Origin: Macrostomum lignano
Taxonomy: Eukaryota
Length of the DNA stretch: 64,000 nucleotides
NCBI GenBank assembly: GCA_002269645.1
Contig: NIVC01001363.1
Coordinates: forward strand, 1 to 64,000
Reading direction: 5' to 3'
The position numbers and the translations under genes are program-made. The notes beneath the pieces were generated by a model. That model was not told where the DNA came from. It searched no databases and saw only the letters and a program-made list of their open reading frames with translations. Below, one piece after another: positions 49,482-62,360 of the stretch. How positions within the stretch are numbered: position 1 is the stretch's first letter; each line of letters starts with the position of its first letter.

Positions 49482-49815
49482 AGTTTTTTATTGTCTGTTT
49501 AACAGCAATTATTTATGCTTCCTTGACCTTATTCGCTGAGGAGCGAAGATTTGCGCTCAGCTACGATATGAGCTGGAGACCATACGTACCCTCGTATATC
49601 GTTTGAGTCCAACTCGGTTGATTGCCAAGCGGAATTCTAATTGCGGCTCTGATGCGGCTTTTTCTCACCGCGGTGACCCAGCTGTGAGCTGCAGTCAGCA
49701 AAGCCGACCAGCCGAAGCGGTGAAGTCCGATCTGCAGCAGCTTGAGACACCTGGGATGCTCAGGTTGGCTCAGCTCTCCAAGTGTTCGTAACAGCCCAGT
49801 TCGAGTTGTGCTGAT
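49482..49815. repeat. 334-bp direct repeat, copy 1 (copy 2 at 51854-52187)
   Basis: Apparently identical text at an offset of 2372 (the ORF track shows the same peptides at both sites). Confidence 0.95.
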
Positions 49816-50054
49816 CAAACACTAAACTACTAAAGTTTAGTTGAGTTGGTTTTGCTGCACTTTGGTCTTTGTTGGAATTGGAAAACTAACAGCTGTGTGA
49901 ATTAGCTTTTTGGGTTCATGTCATTCAAATTGAAGTTCAGGTCATTCAGATTGAGGCTCAGGTCATTCAGATTGAGTTTCAGGTCATTCAGATTGAGGCT
50001 CAGGTCATTCAGATTGAGGCTCAGGTCATTCAGATTGAGTTTCAGGTCATTCAG

Positions 50055-51248
50055 AGGGGTGGAGAGGGCCGGAGAGGGGCGGAGAGGGCCGGAGACGGGC
50101 GGAGAGGGGCGGAGAGGGCCGGAGACGGGCGGAGAGGGGCGGAGAGGGCCGGAGAGGGCCGAAGAGGGGCGGAGAGTAGAGAAGAGGGGTGGAGAGGGGC
50201 GGAGAGGGACGGAGAGGGCCGAAGAGGGGCGGAGAGTAGAGAAGAGGGGTGGAGAGGGCCGGAGAGGGCCGGAGAGGGTCGGAGAGGGCCGGAGAGAAGA
50301 GGAGAGGGGCGGAGAGGTAGAGGTTGAGGTAGAAAGGCGAGGGAAAGCGAGAGGGCGAGGGAAAGGAGATGGAGAGGTAGAGTCAGAAGAGATTTTCAGT
50401 TTCTTGATACTTTGAAGTGAGCTGGCTGCTCTCCAAACATCGGGACTCCATGATTTTGAACCTGAATCTGAATAACCTGAACCTCAATCTGAATTACCTG
50501 AATCCCAATCTGAATGACTTAAACCTCAATTTGAATGATCTAACCCTCAATCTGAATGACCTGAACCTCAATCTAAATGACTGAACCCCAATCTGAATGA
50601 CCTGAACCCCAATCTGAATGACCTGAACCTCAATCTGAATGACCTGAGCCTCAATCTGAATGACCTGAGCCTCAATCTCAATGACCTGAACCTCAAGTAT
50701 GACCTGGAGGATCAGTGCGAGTTCCCCGCACGAAATGCTGGCCGCCCACGCTTTGCCTGCTGCTTCCCTGCACGGCATCTCAAAGTCTGGTGGGATTTCC
50801 CGAGCCGCCCTTTTGTTTCCCGGACTCGAATTCGCAAACTGGGGCGGATTGAGGAGTGTCAGAGGGGCGGATTGAGGATTGTCAGAGGGGCGGATTGAGG
50901 ATTGTCAGAGGGGCGGATTGGGGAGTGTCAGGGAGGCGGATTGAGGAGTGTCGGAGAGGCGGATTAAGGAGTGTCAGAGGGGCGGATTGAGGAGTGTCAG
51001 AGGGGCGGATTGAGGAGTGTCAGAGGGGCGGATTTTCACTCAGCCACCAGTTTCTATACAAGATTTATTCACCCCAAAGCTTGCTCGAAACTGGGCGATA
51101 CCCATTCGCTAAGGTGAGGGATTGGTTCAAGGGGCCCGGAGGTTCTCCTTGCTTCCCCCATTGGCTCAGGAGGCGCCCCCTCCCTTCAAAGGCGATAAAA
51201 GCGGCCTGAGGATCTGTGCGGATTGGAACTGAAAATCATCCGAACTCC
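50055..51248. repeat. condensed partial duplicate of the intergenic region, in right-arm orientation, without coding exons
   Basis: Successive blocks match about 53900-54350, 55440-55620 and 56300-56517; it stops about 45 nt before the TIS11-like ATG. Confidence 0.88.
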
Positions 51249-51249
51249 G

Positions 51250-51685
51250 AGAGAGTGACAGGCCGGGAGAGAGTGACAGGCTGGGAGAGAGAGACAGGCC
51301 GGGAGAGAGTGACAGGCGGGGAGAGAGTGACTGGCCGGGAGAGAGTGACAGGTCGGGAGAGAGTGACAGGCTGGGAGAGAGTGACAGGCTGGGAGAGAGT
51401 GACAGGCCGGGAGAGATTGACAGGCGGGGAGAGAGTGACAGGCCAGGAGAGAGTGACAGGCCGGGAGAGAGTGACAGGTCGGGAGAGAGTGACAGGTCGG
51501 GAGAGAGTGACAGGCCGGGAGAGAGTGACAGGCCGGGAGAGAGTGACAGGTCGGGAGAGAGTGACAGGTCGGGAGAGAGTGACAGGCCGGGAGAGAGTGA
51601 CAGGTCGGGAGAGAGTGACAGGTCGGGAGAGATTGACAGGCTGGGAGAGAGTGACAGGCCAGGAGAGAGTGACAGGCCGGGAGAG
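51250..51685. repeat. 20-bp minisatellite GGGAGAGAGTGACAGG(C/T)C-type
   Basis: Tandem periodicity; a short related stretch lies at about 49410-49455. Confidence 0.92.
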
Positions 51686-51853
51686 AGGAAAATCGCGGAG
51701 GCGCGATCAGGAAATGTAAGGTTTTTTGGAAGCAGTTCTTGAGGTGCTTTGTGAAGCTGCTGTGTTAAACGACTTATAGACTTCGGTCGGGGTCAGTCAG
51801 TCAGTCAGTCAGTCAGGCTGGGCCTCAAAGCAGGCTTCACAGCAGGGTTTGTC

Positions 51854-52187
51854 AGTTTTTTATTGTCTGTTTAACAGCAATTATTTATGCTTCCTTGACC
51901 TTATTCGCTGAGGAGCGAAGATTTGCGCTCAGCTACGATATGAGCTGGAGACCATACGTACCCTCGTATATCGTTTGAGTCCAACTCGGTTGATTGCCAA
52001 GCGGAATTCTAATTGCGGCTCTGATGCGGCTTTTTCTCACCGCGGTGACCCAGCTGTGAGCTGCAGTCAGCAAAGCCGACCAGCCGAAGCGGTGAAGTCC
52101 GATCTGCAGCAGCTTGAGACACCTGGGATGCTCAGGTTGGCTCAGCTCTCCAAGTGTTCGTAACAGCCCAGTTCGAGTTGTGCTGAT
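51854..52187. repeat. 334-bp direct repeat, copy 2
   Basis: Matches 49482-49815. Confidence 0.95.
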
Positions 52188-52588
52188 TCGCCATGGCAAC
52201 TAGCGGGAATGCAGAGCTCGGGGCCGAGACCAGGTGGGCCCGGCAGCGGAATGAAAGCAACTGGCTGCCCCCTCCGCTCTCCACCTCAATTTCACTTTGA
52301 GTCCGTCTGCCATCAAGAACTGGAACTTTGGAATTCGAACTCAGGACGATCAATATTCTCATCAACTAGAGTTCTAAAGGAACCACATCACAAGCGTGTT
52401 TGACAAATTGATGGATTGCAACTAATTTCATAACTTGCTAATTGATTATATATTATACTCGTAATTTTCTAATTAGTGTTTATTTAATAAAATTTTAAAG
52501 CAAAGATTACGAGTAGTTACAGAACACGAAACTAAGCATTCCATATTTTATGTGGTTAGTTTGTATTACAATTGAGAGTGCAGGGCTG

Positions 52589-53518
52589 TCACTGTCCTGT
52601 CAGTTTCCTGCGGCCGCAGCCGTGGCCGGTGCCCAGCGGGCAGTATTTCACGGTGTGGGCGCTGTCGCCAGTGGCGCCGCACAGCGGGCAGGTGAAGCGG
52701 CTGAGCACGGGGCAGACGACGCTGCCGTTGCCGTCCTTCAGGGTGTGGCCGCTGCTGAAGGCCTCCGGCTCGCCGTTCTTGCGGCAGAAGACGCAGAAGA
52801 CGGGGCGGCGCGGCCGGCTGGCGTTCCTGGCGAGCACCGCGCGCTGCAGGGCGGCGCGGCCGGCTGGCGTTCCTGGCGAGCACCGCGCGCTGCAGGCCGG
52901 CGTTGGGCAGCGGGGCGGCAGCGGGCTGGAACTGGAGCTGGTGCTGCTGCTGGGTCTCGAGCTGGAGCTGCTGCTGGGTCTCGAGCTGGTGCTGCTGCTG
53001 GGTCTCGAGCTGGAGCTGCTGCTGGGTCTCGAGCTGGTGCTGCTGCTGGGTCTCGAGCTGGAGCTGCTGCTGGGTCTCGAGCTGGAGCTGCTGCTGGGTC
53101 TCGAGCTGGAGCTGCTGCTGGGTCTCGAGCTGGTGCTGCTGCTGGGTCTCGAGCTGGAGCTGCTGCTGGGTCTCGAGCTGGTGCTGCTGCTGGGTCTCGA
53201 GCTGGAGCTGCTGCTGGGTTTCGAGCTGGAACTGCTGCTGGGTCTTGAGCTGGTGCTGCTGCTGGGTCTCGAGCTGGAGCTGCTGCTGGGTCTCGAGCTG
53301 GTGCTGCTGCTGGGTCTCGAGCTGGAGCTGCTGCTGGGTCTCGAGCTGGAGCTGCTGCTGGGTCTCGAGCTGGAGCGGCTGCTGGGTGTCAGTCTGCTGC
53401 CGCAGGTACTACAGGTACTGATTTTGCAGCTGCAGGAGTTCAGTGTTCGCGGTCGCCTCTCGGCCAGCCCAGGTGGCTGCGGCTGCTGGAGCGACTCGAG
53501 CGATCTGGGAGTTGCCAT
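52589..53518 (-). CDS. nanos: rearranged nanos copy: intronless 309-aa ORF with a Ser-rich N-terminus and an intact Nanos zinc finger (function uncertain, possibly a pseudogene)
   Basis: ATG at 53518, then about 19 (SSSSSSRP) units, then CVFCRKNGE...[28 protein letters not shown]. The ancestral Gln frame has a TAG (53412-53410) and a 46-bp duplication (52805-52896). Confidence 0.65.
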   Translation of the reverse strand: MATPRSLESLQQPQPPGLAERRPRTLNSCSCKISTCSTCGSRLTPSSRSSSRPSSSSSSRPSSSSSSRPSSSTSSRPSSSSSSRPSSSTSSRPSSSSSSKPSSSSSSRPSSSTSSRPSSSSSSRPSSSTSSRPSSSSSSRPSSSSSSRPSSSSSSRPSSSTSSRPSSSSSSRPSSSTSSRPSSSSSSRPSSSTSSSSSPLPPRCPTPACSARCSPGTPAGRAALQRAVLARNASRPRRPVFCVFCRKNGEPEAFSSGHTLKDGNGSVVCPVLSRFTCPLCGATGDSAHTVKYCPLGTGHGCGRRKLTGQ

Positions 53519-56500
53519 GCCGGCCTGAGGAGCGAAAGGGAGATTGAGAGAGAGGAGAGGAGATTGGAGTTGTTTAAAGCGCGGTGAGGGGCGGAGAGGG
53601 GCGGAGAGAGGCGGAGTGGGCCGGAGAGGGACAGCGAGGGGCGGAGAGGGACGGAGAGAGGTGGAGAGGGGCGGAGAGGGGCGGAGAGGGGTGGAGAGAG
53701 GCGGAGAGGAGAGGAGAGGGGCGGAGAGGGGCGGAGAGGGCCGGAGAGGGGCGGAGAGGGGCGGAGAGAGGCGGGGAGGGCCGGAGAGGGGCGGAGAGGG
53801 GTGGAGAGAGGCGGAGACGGCCGGAGAGGGGTGGAGAGGGGCGGAGAGGGCCGGAGAGGGGTGGAGAGTAAAGGAGAGGGGCGGAGAAGGGGCGGAGACG
53901 GGCGGAGAGGGGCGGGGAGGGACGGAGAGAGGCGGAGAGGGGCGGAGAGGGCCGGAGAGGGCCGAAGAGGGGCGGAGAGTAGAGGAGAGGGGCGGAGAGG
54001 GGCGGAGAGGGACGGAGAGGGGCGGAGAGAGGCGGAGAGGGGTGGAGAGGGCCGGATAGGGCCGGAGAGGGCCGGAGAGGGCCGGAGAGGGCCGGAGAGG
54101 GCCGGAGAGAAGAGGAGAGAAGAGGAGAGAAGAGGAGAGGGGCGGAGAGGTAGAGGTTGAGTTAGAAAGGCGAGGGAAAGCGAGAGGGCGAGGGAAAGGA
54201 GATGGAGAGGTAGAGTCAGAAGAGATTTTCAGTTTCTTGATATTTTGAAGTGAGCTGGCTGCTCTCCAAACATCGGGACTCCATGATTTTGAACCTGAAT
54301 CTGAATGACCAGAAACTCAATCTGAATGACCTGAACCTCAATCTGAATGACCTGAACCTCAATCTGAATGACCTGAACCTCAAGTTGAATGACCTGAACC
54401 TCAATCTGAATGACCTGAACCTCAATCTGAATGACCTGAAACTCAATCTGAATGACTTGAGCCTCAATCTGAATGACCTGAAACTCAATCTGAATGACAT
54501 GAAACTCAATCTGAATGACCTGAGCCTCAATCTCAATGACCTGAGCCTCAATCTAAATGACCTGAACCTCAATCTCAATGACCTGAAACTCAATCTGAAT
54601 GACCTGAGCCTCAATCTGAATGACCTGAGCCTCAATCTGAATGACCTGAACCTCAATCTGAATGACCTGAAACTCAATCTGAATGACCTGAGCCTCAATC
54701 TGAATGACCTGAACCTCAATCTCAATGACCTGAACCTCAATCTGAATGACCTGAAACTCAATCTGAATAACCTGAGCCTCAATCTGAATGACCTGAACCT
54801 CAATCTGAATGACCTGAAACTCAATCTGAATGACCTGAACCTCAATCTGAATGACTTGAACCTCAAGTTGAATGACCTGAACCTCAATCTGAATGACCTG
54901 AACCTCAATCTGAATGACCTGAGCCTCAATCTGAATGACCTGAACCTCAATCTGAATGACCTGAGCCTCAATCTGAATGACCTGAACCTCAATCTGAATG
55001 ACCTGAGCCTCAATCTGAATGACCTGAACTTCAATCTGAATGACCTGAACCCAAAAAGCTAATTCACACAGCTGTTAGTTTTCCAATTCCAACAAAGACC
55101 AAAGTGCAGCAAAACCAACTCAACTAAACTTTAGTAGTTTAGTGTTTGATCAACTGTAAGCGGTGAGTTTAAAAGTACATGCACCACCCTACAGACAGCT
55201 TGCAAGCCCGGGCTTTGATTCTACACAGGCAGCTGGTGTGAGGTGTGAGCTGCTGTTTGTGCTGCCCACCTGTGATTTATGGCCCCGCATCTCGCTACAG
55301 AGCACTTTGAGTTTTGCCGCAGCGCTCCGCCATTGGCTTTGAGAGCTCGCAGGTCGGAGCTGAGGCCGACCGCAGACAGGCAGCCGGAGTCTGTGGGGAT
55401 CTGCGGTGGGGAGTCCTGGCTGGGGTTGCGGTGGGGAGGATCAGTGCGAGTCCCCCGCACGAAATGCTGGCCGCCCACGCTTTGCCTGCTGTTTCCCTAC
55501 ACGGCGTCTCAAAGTCTGGTGGGATTTCCCGAGCCGCCCTTTTGGTTCCCGGACTCGAATTCGGAAACTGGGGCGGATTGGGGAGTGTCAGAGGGGCGGA
55601 TTGAGGAGTGTCAGAGGGGCGGATTGAGGAGTGTCAGAGTGGCGGATTGAGGAGTGTCAGAGGGGCGGATTGAGGAGTGTCAGAGGGGCGGATTGGGGAG
55701 TGTCAGAGTGGCGGATTGAGGAGTGTCAGAGGGGCGGATTGGGGAGTGTCAGAGGGGCGGATTGGGGAGTGTCAGAGGGGCGGATTGGGGAGTGTCAGAG
55801 GGGCGGATTGAGGAGTGTCAGAGTGGCGGATTGAGGAGTGTCAGAGGGGCGGATTGGGGAGTGTCAGAGTGGCGGATTGGGGAGTGTCGGAGGGGCGGAT
55901 TGGGGAGTGTCAGAGGGGCGGATTGGGGAGTGTCGGAGGGGCGGATTGGGGAGTGTCGGAGGGGCGGATTGAGGAGTGTCAGAGTGGCGGATTGAGGAGT
56001 GTCAGAGGGGCGGATTGGGGAGTGTCGGAGGGGCGGATTGAGGAGTGTCAGAGGGGCGGATTGAGGAGTGTCAGAGGGGCGGATTGAGGAGTGTCAGAGT
56101 GACATGAAGTGTGTCAGAGTGAATTCCCCAAATCCATTTGAGGAAATAGTTTCATAGCTTCGTTTTCATTTGATTCATGGTGTCATCGTGTCATTTCCTT
56201 AATTTTGCTTTCTGCTGCTTTTTCGCAATGCTTTGCCTTACCTTATGAGAGGGGGTCATCAGAACGGGATGTCTCTTATCTCCAGAAAGTTAAGCATTGA
56301 TTTTCACTCAGCCACCAGTTTCTATACAAGATTTATTCACCCCAAAGCTTGCTCGAAACTGGGCGATTCCCATTCGCTAAGGTGAGGGATTGGTTCAAGG
56401 GGCCCGGAGGTTCTCCTTGCTTCCCCCATTGGCTCAGGAGGCGTCCCCTCCCTTCAAAGGCGATAAAAGCGGCCTGAGGATCTGTGCGGCTTGAAACTGA

Positions 56501-56560
56501 AAATCACCCGAACTCACTACTCAACTTTTCACCACAGCTCAGCAATTTTGATAGCCAGCC

Positions 56561-58766
56561 ATGAGCAGCTGCAGTTCCAGTTCCGGATTGACCACCTATG
56601 GAGAGCTGCGACTGAGCGAAGGTAAGCAAATTCTGCTGCACCTGGATTTTTGATTGACAGCTCATTGAGTTTATTGCACATTTAGCACCCATTTATTACA
56701 GATTCAGTACGCATTCAGCACACATTCAGCACACATTCAGAACACATTCAGCACACATTCAGAACACATTCAGCACACATTCAGCACGCATTCAGAACAC
56801 ATTCAGCACACATTCAGCACACATTCAGCACACATTCAGAACACATCTACACACATTCAGAACACATCTACACACATTCAGAACACATTCAGCACACATT
56901 CAGCACACATTCAGCACACATTCAGCACACATTCAGCACACATTCAGAACACATTCAGTACACATTCAGTACACATTCAGAACACATTCAGAACACATCT
57001 ACACACATTCAGCACACATTCAGCACACATTCAGCACACATTCAGAACACATTCAGCACACATTCAGAACACATTCAGCACACATTCAGTACACATTCAG
57101 CACACATTCAGTACACATTCAGAACACATTCAGTACACATTCAGTACACATTCAGCACACATTCAGCACACATTCAGCACACATTCAGTACACATTCAGT
57201 ACACATTCAGCACACATTCAGAACACATCTACACACATTCAGCACACATTCAGAACACATCTACACACATTCAATACACATTCAGCACACATTCAGCACA
57301 CATTCAGCACACATTCAGTACACATTCAGTACACATTCAGTACACATTCAGTACGCATTCAGCACACATTCAGTACACATTCAGAACACATAAAGTCTGG
57401 AGTCACAAGACATGTTTACAACATACCCAACACAGTAGAACTCAGCCAATAATTCCAAACAATCATCATCCAAATTTCATATTTCAGAGCAAGCCAGTGT
57501 CATCACGGACGAAGACACTTTCTGCCTCATCGACAGGCTGGTCGGCGACCTGCTGCTGGAGGAACAGGAGGGCTCAAGGAGAAGAGACTTGGACAATGAG
57601 AAGTACAAAACAGAGCTCTGCCTGAACTACTCTGTGAGTGCGAAGTAGACTGCATCTTGGCTTATAGAAATGCATTGGTAAAGCATAGGGTTTAATGGTC
57701 ATAGGGTCTGAGAGCCACAGACTGATGGGTCATGACGATTCGTAGTCATGGATTGATGGTCATGGAGGCTGATGGTCACAGGATTGTCATAAAAATTCGT
57801 GGTCGTATGGTGTGATGGACATAGATATTGATCGTCATAGTGGCTTCTGGTTATTGAGATATTTGGTCATAGAAGTGGGTGCTCATCGAGGTTGATGCTC
57901 ATTGCTCGAGGTTGATGGATTGATGGTCATATAGATGGGTTGGAATACAGTGATGGTTATATAGATGGGTTGCAATACAGTGATGGTCATATAGATTGGT
58001 CGTCGGAGAGGCTAGTAGTCATAGAAAGTATAGGTCATATGTATTATAAGCCATTGGTAGTATAGGTCACGATATTATAGGTCATGGACATCAGAGGCCA
58101 AATATAGGTCATGGGCATTATAGGCCAGGTATAGGTCATAGATATTAGGTCATGGGCATTATAGGCCAGGTATAGGTCATAAATATTAGGTCATGGGCAT
58201 CATAGGCCAGGTATAGGTCATAGATATTAGGTCATGGGCATCATAGGCAAGGTATAGGTCATAGTTATTAGGTCATGGGCATCATAGGCCAGGCATAGGT
58301 CATGATATTATATTATAGGTCATGGCCATCATAGGCCAGGTATAGGTCATAGATATTAGGTCATGGGCATCATAGGCCAGGCATAGGTCATGATATTATA
58401 GGTCATGGGCATCATAGACCAGGTATAGGTCATAGATATTAGGTCATGGGCATCATAGGCCAGGTATAGGTCATAGATATTAGGTCATGGGCATCATAGG
58501 CCAGGTATAGGTCATAGATATTAGGTCATGGGCATCATAGGCCAGGTATAGGTCATAGATAGCCTCAGCCCGGTCATACTCATGGCCCACCGAAATCGCC
58601 ATCGCAGGAGAGCGGCAGCTGTCCTTACGGTCCGAAGTGCCGGTTCGCCCACGGCAAATCCGAGCTGAGGTCGGTGGTTCGACACCCACTGTACCGCACC
58701 GTGCCTTGCCTGGCCTTCAGCTCGGGGCACTGCAGGTTCGGCCGCCGATGCGCCTTTCTGCACTGA
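56561..58766 (+). CDS. TIS11/ZFP36-family tandem CCCH protein, right-arm copy; exons 56561-56621, 57488-57633, 58608-58766; 121 aa
   Basis: Same structure as the left copy with splice sites intact. Seven substitutions in 366 nt by eye (4 synonymous, 3 replacements, all outside the fingers). Confidence 0.95.
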
Positions 58767-61764
58767 ACATGGAAGACACCCGAAGAGACAGCGGCACCCC
58801 AGGACACCCAAGACAGCGGCACCCCAGGACACCCAAGACAGCGGCACCCCAGGACACCCCAAGACAGCGGCACCCCAGGACACCCAAGACAGCGGCACCC
58901 CAGGACACCCTAAGACAGCGGCACCCCAGGACACCCTAAGACAGCGGCACCCCAGGACACCCTAAGACAGCGGCACCCCAGGACACCCCAAGACAGCGGC
59001 ACCCCAGGACACCCAAGACAGCGGCACCCCAGGACACCCTAAGACAGCGGCACCCCAGGACACCCTAAGACAGCGGCACCCCAGGACACCCTAAGACAGC
59101 GGCACCCCAGGACACCCCAAGACAGCGGCACCCCAGGACACCCCATGACAGCGGCACCCCAGGACACCTAAGACAGCGGCACCCCAGGACACCCAAGACA
59201 GCGGCACCCCAGGACACCCTAAGACAGCGGCACCCCAGGACACCCTAAGACAGCGGCACCCCAGGACACCCTAAGACAGCGGCACCCCAGGACACCCCAA
59301 GACAGCGGCACCCCAGGACACCCAAGACAGCGGCACCCCAGGACACCCTAAGACAGCGGCACCCCAGGACACCCTAAGACAGCGGCACCCCAGGACACCC
59401 TAAGACAGCGGCACCCCAGGACACCCCAAGACAGCGGCACCCCAGGACACCCCATGACAGCGGCACCCCAGGACACCCTAAGACAGCGGCACCCCAGGAC
59501 ACCCAAGACAGCGGCACCCCAGGACACCCTAAGACAGCGGCACCCCAGGACACCCTAAGACAGCGGCACCCCAGGACACCCAAGACAGCGGCACCCCAGG
59601 ACACTCCAAGGGAAGGCCTCTAAAAAATTATGATTTTGAGTTGAAAGAGTTACTATTACTGTTGCCTTACTGTTACATAGTACGCGAATCGAACTAAGGA
59701 CGTCGGATGCGCTCATTTTTGTTTACAAAAAATGTACCAAGTACTTGTAATCCTCAATTGCATCGCTGACCTTTATTCCACTAACCCTCCTTGACCCCAC
59801 TAACTCCCCTTGACCCCACTGACTCCCCTTGACCCCACTGAATCCCCTTGACCCCACTGACTCCCCTTGACCCCACTGAATCCCCTTGACCCCACTGACT
59901 CCCTTGACCCCACTGACTCCCCTTGACCCCACTGACTCCCTTGACCCCACTGAATGCCCTTGACCCTACTGACTCCCCTTGACCCCACTGACTCCCTTGA
60001 CCCCACTGACTCCCCTTGACCCCACTGACTCCCCTTGACCCCACTGACTCCCTTTGACTCCACTGACTCCCCTTGACCCTAATGACTCCCTTGACCCCAC
60101 TGACTCCCTTTGACCCCACTGACTCCCCTTGACCCCACTGACTCCCTTTGACTCCACTGACTCCCCTTGACCCTAATGACTCCCTTGACCCCTTGCTTTT
60201 GCCTCTCTTCTGAATTGATTTCCCATCGGCGCATCGCATAAAATATTTCGATTGCACATTTAAGGCCAAACTGTTTCCGAATCGCTTCTTACATCTTCAA
60301 TTTTGCATGAGTTACACGATTCTATAGTTGTCTGCTTGTAATTTTCAAAGCAAATAACCGCAACTTTCTTGCTCAGCTGCATGACTTTAAAAGTATAACA
60401 ACCAGTAATTTTTGCCCACTTGTAATTACATTCAGTTAATATAAGTAGGATAAAATAAACTCAATATGCTGCTTTGTACAAAGCCTTAGTAAATATTTTC
60501 TATGCAATTATCTTTGCTAAATTTTGTTGAATTCATTAAAAAGATGCAGCGCTTGTTTTAAGACTGAAATTAACGCTAAATAAAGCTTGGGATATTACAC
60601 AGAGGGATGGGCCTCAGTGGCTGAGGGTCCGCAAGGACAGACCAAGAGTTATTCGGGTCCTTGCTCCTTGCGTGAGGTTCAAGGACGCCTGCACTGCCGG
60701 CTGTGCTATTTTTAGAATCAGTCGAGTTGAGACTCCACAGGTAGGTGGGTCTGCGGCGGTTGCTAAGGCCAGCTCTAGGTTTTCGAACCGGTTTGAAGGC
60801 TCGACTTCCAGGTGGACTTAAAGGTTGAGGGTAGCGGGTTGAGAGGCCGCAGGCTGGCTGCAGCTGGAGACGGCTCTCCGTTGCCAAGCGGTTTCCAAGC
60901 GGGAATTCGCGGTCGCCTCTCGGCCAGCCCAGGTGTCTGCGGCTGCTGGAGCGACTCGAGCGATCTGGGAGTTGCCATGCCGGCCTGAGGAGCAGTGAGA
61001 TTTGAATTGGGTGAGGGCAGCTGAGGGAGAGAAGTGAAAGTTCGAGGTTTTGTGTTGCATGGGGAGGGAGAGGGAGAGGGTGAAGAGAGGGAGAGGGAGA
61101 GGGAGAAGAGAGGGAGAGGGAGAGGGTGAAGAGAGGGAGAGGGAGAGGGTAAAGTAGAGGAAGAGGGAGAGAGAGAGAGGAAGAGGGAGAGAGAGGGAGA
61201 GGGAGAAGGAGAGGGAGAGGGAGAGGGAGAAGAGAGGGAGAGGGAGAGGGTGAAGAGAGGGAGAGGGAGAGGGAGAGAGAGAGGGAGAGGGTAAAGTAGA
61301 GGGAGAGGGAGAGGGAGAGGGAGAGGGTGAAGAGAGGGAGAGGGAGAGGGAGGGGGAAAAGGAGAGGGAGAGAGAGGTAGAGGGGAGCCAGAATAGGCTT
61401 TTCGGTTTCTTTACATTTTCAAGTGAAGATCGCCGGCGTTGTTAACACCAGGTGGGACTCCATGATCTGAGCCGGGGACTCCTAAAAATAGCTCAGGTGC
61501 AAAATAGCATGGCGCTAGCTCTAGAAGTCCTTGTCTGAGCTTTACTGTTTCATTTGAAGGTGAGTGAGAGGGAAGTCAGAGTGGAAGAATTCAGAAGCGA
61601 AGCCAAAATCTGTCATTCCCATTGTCCCTCTCCATGGGTGGTCCTGTCCAATTCTAAGCCTTGCTTCAACTTGCTTCGCGACACCCGAAGATCTGACAGT
61701 GAAATGATTTATTTTCCTCTGCATTTCTCAGGTTCTCGCATCAGCTGTAAGGTCAATATGAGAG

Positions 61765-62360
61765 CGGCGGATTGGCAGAGGGGGCGGATGGGCAGAGGGG
61801 GCGGATTGGCAAAGGGGGCGGATTGGCAGAAGGGAGCGGATTAGCAGAGGGGGCGGATTGGCAGAGGGAACGGAGAGGGGGCGGATTGGCAGAGGGGGCG
61901 GATTGGCAGAGGGGAGCGGATTGGCAGAGGGACGGATTGGCAAAGGGGGCGGATTGGCAAAGGGGGCGGATTGTCAGAGGGGCGGATTGGATGAAGGGGC
62001 GGATTGGCAGAGGGGCGGATTGGCAGAGGGGCGGATTGGATGAAGGGGCGGATTGGCAGAGGGGCGGATTGTCAGAGGGGCGGATTGACAGAGGGGCGGA
62101 TTGGCAGAGGGGCGGATCGGCAGAGGGGCGGATTGGCAGAGGGGCCGATTGACAGAGGGGCGGATTGGCAGAGGGGCGGATCGGCAGAGGGGCGGATTGG
62201 CAGAGGGGCCGATTGACAGAGGGGCGGATTGGCAGAGGGGCGGATTGACAGAGGGGCGGATTGGCAGAGGGGCGGATCGGCAGAGGGGCGGATTGGCAGA
62301 GGAGCGGATTGGCAGAGGAGCGGATTGGCAGAGGGGGCGGATTGGCAGAGAGGGGCAGAT
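61765..62360. repeat. 16-17-bp minisatellite GGATTGGCAGAGGGGC, right arm
   Basis: Same unit as 34885-35480. Confidence 0.94.

Noticed and set aside
52589-53518. Right nanos as a processed retrocopy
   Set aside because: Breakpoints are not at splice junctions, coding exon 1 is lost rather than joined, there is no poly(A) tail or target-site duplication, and the flanks remain collinear with the left arm.
52572-53528. Antisense ORFs over nanos ([24 protein letters not shown]; also 43832-44725)
   Set aside because: Shadow frames of a GC-rich coding repeat.
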